In this document: in pieces, positions 47,330 to 49,917 of the stretch
Layout of the letters: every line of letters begins with the position of its first letter
How positions within the stretch are numbered: position 1 is the stretch's first letter
DNA from: Archaeoglobus sp. JdFR-37
Lineage (GTDB): Archaea > Halobacteriota > Archaeoglobi > Archaeoglobales > Archaeoglobaceae
DNA: 49,917 bases
NCBI GenBank assembly: GCA_002010215.1
Contig: MTMY01000027.1
Coordinates: forward strand, 1 to 49,917
Reading direction: 5' to 3'
Made by a program: the position numbers and the translations under genes
The notes under the pieces: generated by a model
The model's database searches: none
The model's input: only the letters and a program-made list of their open reading frames with translations
Told to the model about the DNA's origin: nothing

Positions 47330-48523
47330 TTGAAGTCAATGGAGATGAGGATAGGTGAGGCGCTTATAGGCGAGGGTTATGAGGTTGCTCATATCGATCT
47401 TATGATTGGTGACAAAAACAGTCCTGTTGCAGCTGCTTTTGCAAACGCTCTAAGCCAGCTATCCGCCGGACACACACCTCTTCTTGCAGTCATAAGGCCA
47501 AACCTCATAACAAAGCCGCCCGCCGTGATAATTCCGAAGGTTACCGTCAAGGACATGTTTCAAGCTGAACTCATTTTTGGTGTTGCACAGATGGCTGTTG
47601 CGAAGGCAATAGCAGATGCTGTGGAAGAGGGGGTAATCCCCCAAGATAAGGCTGATGAGCTCCTTGTCATTGTCAGCGTCTTTATTCATCCAAAGGCCAA
47701 AAACAAGCATAAGGTCTTCTACTACAACTACGGAGCAACCAAGCTGGCTTTACGCAGAGCAATGCAGGGCTTCCCGGATGTTGAGACTGTTCTTTACGAA
47801 AAAGATCGCAGTGCCCATCCTCTTGTTGGTAGAAAGATGACAAAGCTCTGGGACCCGCCATATCTCCAGATAGCCATCGACATACCGGATATCGAAGAGG
47901 TGAAGAGGGTGATGAACCTCATTCCTGACAGCGACCACATAATTTACGAGGTGGGAACACCGCTTGCCAAGAGATATGGGGCAGAAGTCATACTGGAGCT
48001 CAGAGAGGTTAAACCTGGCTCTTTCTTCGTTCTCGACCTGAAAACCTTGGATACCGGGAATCTTGAAGCAAGAATGGCTGCCGATGCAACAGCAAATGCC
48101 GTTGTCATCTCTGGCCTTGCTCCAATCCAGACAATTGTGAGGGCAGTAAAGGAAGCGGAGAAAACAGGAATTTATAGCATAATTGATATGCTGAACGTGG
48201 AAGACCCGGTAAATAGGCTTCGAAAAATCGTGGATGCCGGTGTAAAGCCAGATGTGGTGGAATTGCATCGAGCAATTGATGCGGAGGGAGTAGCAGAACC
48301 TCCATGGAAGCTGGCAGGAAAGATAAAGAAATTCGGAGTTCTCGTTGCGGTTGCAGGTGGTTTGAGACCTGAGAACATGGAGGAAGCAGTCAAAGCTGGA
48401 GCAGACATCCTTGTGGTGGGAAGAGCGATAACAAGGGCAAAGGATGTGGAAGGGGCTGCAAGAAGATTCCTAGACTACATGAAGCCTGACACCGATCAGT
48501 TCCGGATAATGACCGATTTCTGA
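47330..48523 (+). CDS. fae-hps: Bifunctional formaldehyde-activating enzyme / 3-hexulose-6-phosphate synthase
   Basis: GEAL.G.G.EVAHIDL, GHTPLLAVIRPNL, EVGTPL, DLKTLDTG, HRAID, TDQFRIMTDF end. Confidence 0.95.
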   Translation: MKSMEMRIGEALIGEGYEVAHIDLMIGDKNSPVAAAFANALSQLSAGHTPLLAVIRPNLITKPPAVIIPKVTVKDMFQAELIFGVAQMAVAKAIADAVEEGVIPQDKADELLVIVSVFIHPKAKNKHKVFYYNYGATKLALRRAMQGFPDVETVLYEKDRSAHPLVGRKMTKLWDPPYLQIAIDIPDIEEVKRVMNLIPDSDHIIYEVGTPLAKRYGAEVILELREVKPGSFFVLDLKTLDTGNLEARMAADATANAVVISGLAPIQTIVRAVKEAEKTGIYSIIDMLNVEDPVNRLRKIVDAGVKPDVVELHRAIDAEGVAEPPWKLAGKIKKFGVLVAVAGGLRPENMEEAVKAGADILVVGRAITRAKDVEGAARRFLDYMKPDTDQFRIMTDF

Positions 48524-48552
48524 ACTTTTTATAATTTATTACCGAAAATGGG

Positions 48553-49236
48553 GTGATAAAATTGGGAAAGGATAGAGGTGTGGTTATAATAAATTTTAAG
48601 GCCTATAAGGAAGGTTTTGGGGAGAATGCATTGAAGCTGGCCAAGATAGCCGAAGATGTGGCTTCAAGGGTAGATGATTATGTGGCAATAGCCCCTAACT
48701 ATCTCGATTTGACAACAATCATGAACAGGGTGAACATCGATGTATATGCCCAGCACGTTGATGCTGTAGGCTATGGTAGCCACACCGGCAGGGTGACGGC
48801 GGAGATGATAAAGGAGAAGGGCGTGAAGGGTAGCCTCATCAACCACAGCGAACGCCGCCTCAGGCTTGCAGACATTGACTTTCTGGTGTCGAAGTTCAAG
48901 GAGCTTGGCCTTACAAGTGTTGTGTGCACGAATAACGTGGCAACAACCGCTGCAGCAGCAGCACTCTCTCCAGATTTTGTTGCGGTTGAGCCTCCAGAGC
49001 TCATAGGAAGTGGGATTCCTGTTTCAAAGGCTGAGCCAGAAGTGGTTGAGAACTCTGTCAAAGCAGCAAAGAATGTAAATAGCGACGTGAAGGTTCTGTG
49101 TGGTGCAGGCATAGGCAAACACGAGGATTATGTGACTGCCATGGATCTTGGGGCTGATGGCGTGCTCCTAGCAAGTGGAGTTGTGAAAGCTGAAGATGTG
49201 AGGGCGGCGCTTGAAGAACTCCTTGGCTTGAGATGA
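48553..49236 (+). CDS. tpiA: Triosephosphate isomerase (archaeal type)
   Basis: INFKAY, AQH, NHSERR, VEPPELIGSG, CGAGI, GVLLASG. Confidence 0.96.
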   Translation: MIKLGKDRGVVIINFKAYKEGFGENALKLAKIAEDVASRVDDYVAIAPNYLDLTTIMNRVNIDVYAQHVDAVGYGSHTGRVTAEMIKEKGVKGSLINHSERRLRLADIDFLVSKFKELGLTSVVCTNNVATTAAAAALSPDFVAVEPPELIGSGIPVSKAEPEVVENSVKAAKNVNSDVKVLCGAGIGKHEDYVTAMDLGADGVLLASGVVKAEDVRAALEELLGLR

Positions 49237-49274
49237 TTGGCTGATTGTGCAAATCTGGACAGGGAGGTAGAGGG

Positions 49275-49502
49275 TTGTTTGACAGAAAATCTAGGCTTAT
49301 GCTTATGCTTGGAGTCCTGAACGACTGCTTTGGAGATATCAGAACAGCAGTAATCAATCTATCCGATTTCATCGGCACTCATCCCGAGTTTCAGGAGATT
49401 GACGAAATGGGTGTGAGGGAACTACTTGAAGATGCCAGAAAGCTGGAGGAAAAAATAATCAAAGTGATGGATGAAATAAAAAAGGAGATTTACTCCGAAT
49501 AA
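49275..49502 (+). CDS. Hypothetical small helical protein
   Basis: GGAGG RBS + TTG at 49275, in frame with the track ORF at 49245. Confidence 0.65.
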   Translation: MFDRKSRLMLMLGVLNDCFGDIRTAVINLSDFIGTHPEFQEIDEMGVRELLEDARKLEEKIIKVMDEIKKEIYSE

Positions 49503-49505
49503 ATT

Positions 49506-49917
49506 TTATCTGGCTTTGGTAGCCTTAATGGCTCTCTCTGGACACACCGTTGCACAAACTCCGCAACCAGCGCAGAGCACCTCATCGATCTGTGTCTTCA
49601 AACCCCCTTCCATTCTATCCCCTACATATATTGCTGGGCATGTGAACTCTGCAACGCATTTCATACAGCCGTTACATTTATCTGTAACATAGAAGGGTGT
49701 AATTCTGATTCCCTTTCTTTTTCTCTCTCTTGTCCACAAAATGGCGCATTTCTGACGGGCTATGATGACTGCCACACCGTCATGATTCAGAGCTCTGTGA
49801 AGGGCATCCTCTATCTTTGATATGTTGTATGGGTTCACAACTTCAACGAAGTCAACACCTATTCCCTTCACTACGTCCTCTATCCTGACGGTCTTGGCTT
49901 CCTCTCCGCAGCCTTTA
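49506..49917 (-). CDS. iorA: Indolepyruvate:ferredoxin oxidoreductase alpha subunit, C-terminal part (runs off the window)
   Basis: VVNPY, VAVIIARQKC, CNGCMKC...CPAI, CAGCGVCATVCP..AI; frame open to the window edge. Confidence 0.85.
   Translation of the reverse strand, partial: KGCGEEAKTVRIEDVVKGIGVDFVEVVNPYNISKIEDALHRALNHDGVAVIIARQKCAILWTRERKRKGIRITPFYVTDKCNGCMKCVAEFTCPAIYVGDRMEGGLKTQIDEVLCAGCGVCATVCPERAIKATKAR

Noticed and set aside
47194..47358. 54-aa ORF MRQIKAQYRK... downstream of a TATATA tract
   Set aside because: No RBS, runs through the fae-hps promoter and start, and has unconvincing composition.
1..49917. tRNA, rRNA, CRISPR arrays, transposases, defence systems
   Set aside because: By eye I found no cloverleaf or T-loop signatures, regularly spaced repeats, or recognisable transposase, integrase or defence ORFs.

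Overview
Gene-dense archaeal chromosomal segment, most consistent with Archaeoglobales (fwdDBAC, fae-hps, porGDAB, iorA, archaeal uS15, GGAGG/GGTGA ribosome-binding sites, TATA-type promoters, oligo-T terminators). It is mostly housekeeping and metabolism: leuD-leuB, a five-gene peptide ABC transporter, Lhr helicase-metallophosphoesterase-cupin, a 1012-aa FAD/Fe-S/CCG oxidoreductase with a Met-rich tail, a 4-hydroxybutyryl-CoA dehydratase-like gene coupled to a geranylgeranyl reductase-like gene, ROK kinase with ribose-1,5-bisphosphate isomerase, an AAA+/vWA pair, IMPase-NAD kinase-aroE, glutaredoxin with an FTR-like subunit, PspC with a LiaF-like partner, and tpiA. Signals outside the ORF track: a fluoride riboswitch (minus strand, ~34676-34722) heading a prenyltransferase-repeat/crcB/DUF190 operon, a probable ATT start codon for porG, two frameshifted surface-protein pseudogenes, small ORF and ncRNA candidates, a LysW-like Zn ribbon lacking the carrier C-terminus, and many short tandem duplications. 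I saw no rRNA, tRNA, CRISPR array or transposase. All calls come from manual motif reading; no searches were run.
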